A stretch of DNA of 14,528 nucleotides, taken from Candidatus Hadarchaeota archaeon. Its GTDB lineage: Archaea; CAYQAE01; CAYVLA01. Position 1 is the first letter of the stretch; the number at the start of each line of letters is the position of its first letter. The position numbers were made by a program, and so were the translations under genes. The DNA is taken from NCBI GenBank assembly GCA_964460695.1, contig CAYWSC010000011.1, forward strand, positions 1-14,528, written 5' to 3'. The notes under the pieces were generated by a model. The model saw only the letters and a list, made by a program, of their open reading frames with translations, was not told the origin of the DNA and made no database searches. Shown here one piece after another: positions 14,377 to 14,528 of this stretch.

Positions 14377-14528
14377 CTACTCCTCCCACTCCCAACCGAT
14401 CTGCCTCTCCACCTTTCGAATGTCCTCTAGGAACGGGGCCCCCTCCATGGGGCCGAGCTTGGTGATTGCAAAGGCTCCGACGGTGTTTCCGAGCCTCGCG
14501 CAGTCGATCAGCCTGTCTCCCTTCACAT
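14377..14528 (-). CDS. 3' end of a PfkB/ribokinase-family carbohydrate kinase (partial, continues beyond the window)
   Basis: My manual minus-strand translation ends ...VKGDRLIDCARLGNTVGAFAITKLGPMEGAPFLEDIRKVERQIGWEWEE*. The A-x-GN-x-x-GA-x-A-x-T-x-x-G pattern is typical of the C-terminal helix of PfkB kinases. It is not in the ORF track because it is truncated. Confidence 0.4.
   Translation of the reverse strand, partial: VKGDRLIDCARLGNTVGAFAITKLGPMEGAPFLEDIRKVERQIGWEWEE

Noticed and set aside
1-14528. Search for CRISPR arrays, tRNA/rRNA genes, IS elements or integrase/att sites that would mark the TEP gene as part of a mobile island
   Set aside because: There are no regularly spaced direct repeats, no tRNA-like T-loop (GTTCRANYC) candidates in the intergenic regions, and no transposase- or integrase-like ORFs. 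The flanks of the TEP gene are ordinary chromosomal genes with convergent or abutting ends, so I do not call a mobile element.

Overview
This is an archaeal-type chromosomal segment, GC-rich, and I found no rRNA, tRNA or CRISPR. Going left to right it carries: the 3' part of a Hef/ERCC4-type superfamily-2 helicase; a small alpha-helical protein; a complete aspartate-to-NAD de novo operon, nadX-nadA-nadC, on the minus strand; the conserved archaeal UPF0148 (zinc ribbon) / UPF0147 divergent pair; a RecA/KaiC-fold protein with a degenerate P-loop; a zinc-dependent medium-chain alcohol dehydrogenase; one very large minus-strand gene of 1422 aa; a stomatin/SPFH protein; an AEC-family transporter; an MFS transporter; and the 3' end of a PfkB-type sugar kinase. 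The stand-out is the 1422-aa gene at 6755..11023. It encodes a full-length alpha-2-macroglobulin / thioester-containing protein (A2M/TEP) with a canonical GCGEQ thioester motif. It also has a C3-like catalytic histidine about 111 residues downstream (VVHGEMMGG), and whole sequence blocks read almost like vertebrate A2M: TDKPIYKPGQTV, FPETWYW, SLWLTAFVL, YLTTGYQRELTFRRGDGSFSAFG. An archaeal Sec-type signal peptide sits at the N-terminus and a Gly/Pro-rich linker plus a single C-terminal transmembrane anchor at the C-terminus. A thioester protein of this kind, embedded among archaeal housekeeping genes, not paired with the PbpC partner of bacterial A2Ms and anchored C-terminally rather than by a bacterial lipobox, looks like an essentially uncharacterised archaeal protease-trap/opsonin-like surface system. 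Its upstream region has a short family of GAAACG-containing repeats.
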